Positions 59,790 to 60,809 of a DNA stretch of 60,809 bases are shown piece after piece; position 1 is the stretch's first letter, and each line of letters starts with the position of its first letter. The DNA is from Candidatus Altiarchaeales archaeon WOR_SM1_SCG. GTDB taxonomy: Archaea; Altiarchaeota; Altiarchaeia; IMC4; WOR-SM1-SCG. The stretch covers positions 1 through 60,809 of the forward strand of contig MCBE01000217.1 in assembly GCA_001723845.1 (NCBI GenBank), written 5' to 3'. The notes under the pieces are model-generated. The model was not told the DNA's origin, made no database searches, and worked only from the letters and a program-made list of their open reading frames with translations. Made by a program: the position numbers and the translations under genes.

Positions 59790-60809
59790 ATGGAACTAAC
59801 AACTAAAGAAATAATGGCAATAAAACCCTACATTGAAATCATTAGAAAAAAAGGTAGAATGCCTCAATATACTCTTGTAAGAAAAAAACGGGTAAATGGA
59901 GAAGTAAAAAGAGTGTGGAGTAAGTATCTGGGCACAGCAGAAACGATCGAGAAATTCTATAAAAACTGTGAAGAATGCACTGATATGAAACTCAAAAGTT
60001 TTGAGTATGGAAGAACGGCAGCACTAATGAAAATAGCAGAAGAACTAAATTTTGTTGAGATCGTAAATAAACACACAACCAAAAAGAAGATTGAAGGGCT
60101 GACAGTTGGTGAATACATGCTATTGATTATCCTTAGCAGAGCCGATGAACCAATAAGCAAAAACGGAATCTCCGACTGGTTTGACGATTCTTTTCTCGAT
60201 TTAATGTGGGTATTTTCGCACAAACTGAACACTCAAAATTTTACGAACCACATGGATTATCTCACAGATGAAGTAATGCGAAAAATCGGGGATGACCTGG
60301 GAAAAAGACTTGTTGAGCTTGGTGTGGCACCAACAAAGTTATATATTGATATGAGCAATGTCTTCACATATATGGAAAATGGGGGAACGTATTTGTTTAG
60401 CTGGAATAATATTCCCGGAAACGACAGCAAGCGACTCATAAACCATCTTTTGGATAATCTAAAAATAGGTTGGGTAAAAAACGCAACAATCAATAAAAAC
60501 AATGACTGTAAAATAATAACAGTTACGGAAGGGGAAAACTCAGTTGAACTAAAACTTAACGAGAAAGAAAACAAAGTAGTCTTAAAAATCAGTGGCGGTA
60601 AAACCTATGAATATATCTTAAAAGAGAAGAAGGGTAAGCTAAAGGTATACGGCGGGGAGATGCCTAAAAAAGGTAGGGGTAAAGAGAAACGATATGATAA
60701 AAATATAATCGGCATAGGAATAGTAACAAGTGATGAAAACATCCCAATGCTTCACGAGTCATATCCCGGAAACAAGCACGATTCACAAATATTTGCCGGG
60801 ATTTTTATG
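59790..60809 (+). mobile_element. IS1634-family transposase (3'-partial, runs off window; absent from the ORF track)
   Basis: Manual translation: KYLGTAE..EYG..GLTVGEY..SKNGISDWF..IDMSNVFTY [insert] KKGRGKEKRYD..IGIVT..IPMLHESYPGNKHD. Confidence 0.88.
60390..60650 (+). mobile_element. In-frame insertion module, copy 3 (87 codons), inside the transposase
   Basis: YLFSWNNIPGNDS...ISGGKTYEYILKEKKGKLKVY; ends 11/14 complementary. Confidence 0.75.

Noticed and set aside
13444-60650. Insertion module as an intein
   Set aside because: No N-terminal Cys/Ser, no terminal His-Asn, no Cys/Ser/Thr at +1 in two of three copies, and shorter than typical mini-inteins.

Overview
AT-rich archaeal chromosome segment: archaeal EF-1alpha, TFB, Csl4, PolD DP1, uS19, aIF5A-like, archaeal riboflavin synthase, plus gyrA and a RuBisCO-family gene. 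The gene set would fit Altiarchaeota/DPANN-type archaea (inference, not verified). Housekeeping genes alternate with small accessory blocks (TA pairs, possible defence proteins, IS remnants). Three patterns go beyond routine annotation. (1) An 87-88-codon module (YLFSW...KLNIY) with imperfect ~14-16 bp terminal inverted repeats sits in-frame inside three unrelated proteins, including the catalytic region of an IS1634 transposase; it is a candidate domain-encoding mobile element. (2) Six housekeeping genes (ribH, the RuBisCO-family gene, aspS, gltX, gyrA, argC twice) have a displaced, largely synonymously diverged copy of their end on the far side of a cargo block, with no integrase in view; two of these junctions abut the same double-hairpin motif. 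(3) Two related attC-like sites end accessory blocks on either side of thyA. No rRNA, tRNA or CRISPR array was seen. All alignments were done by eye; no database search was run.
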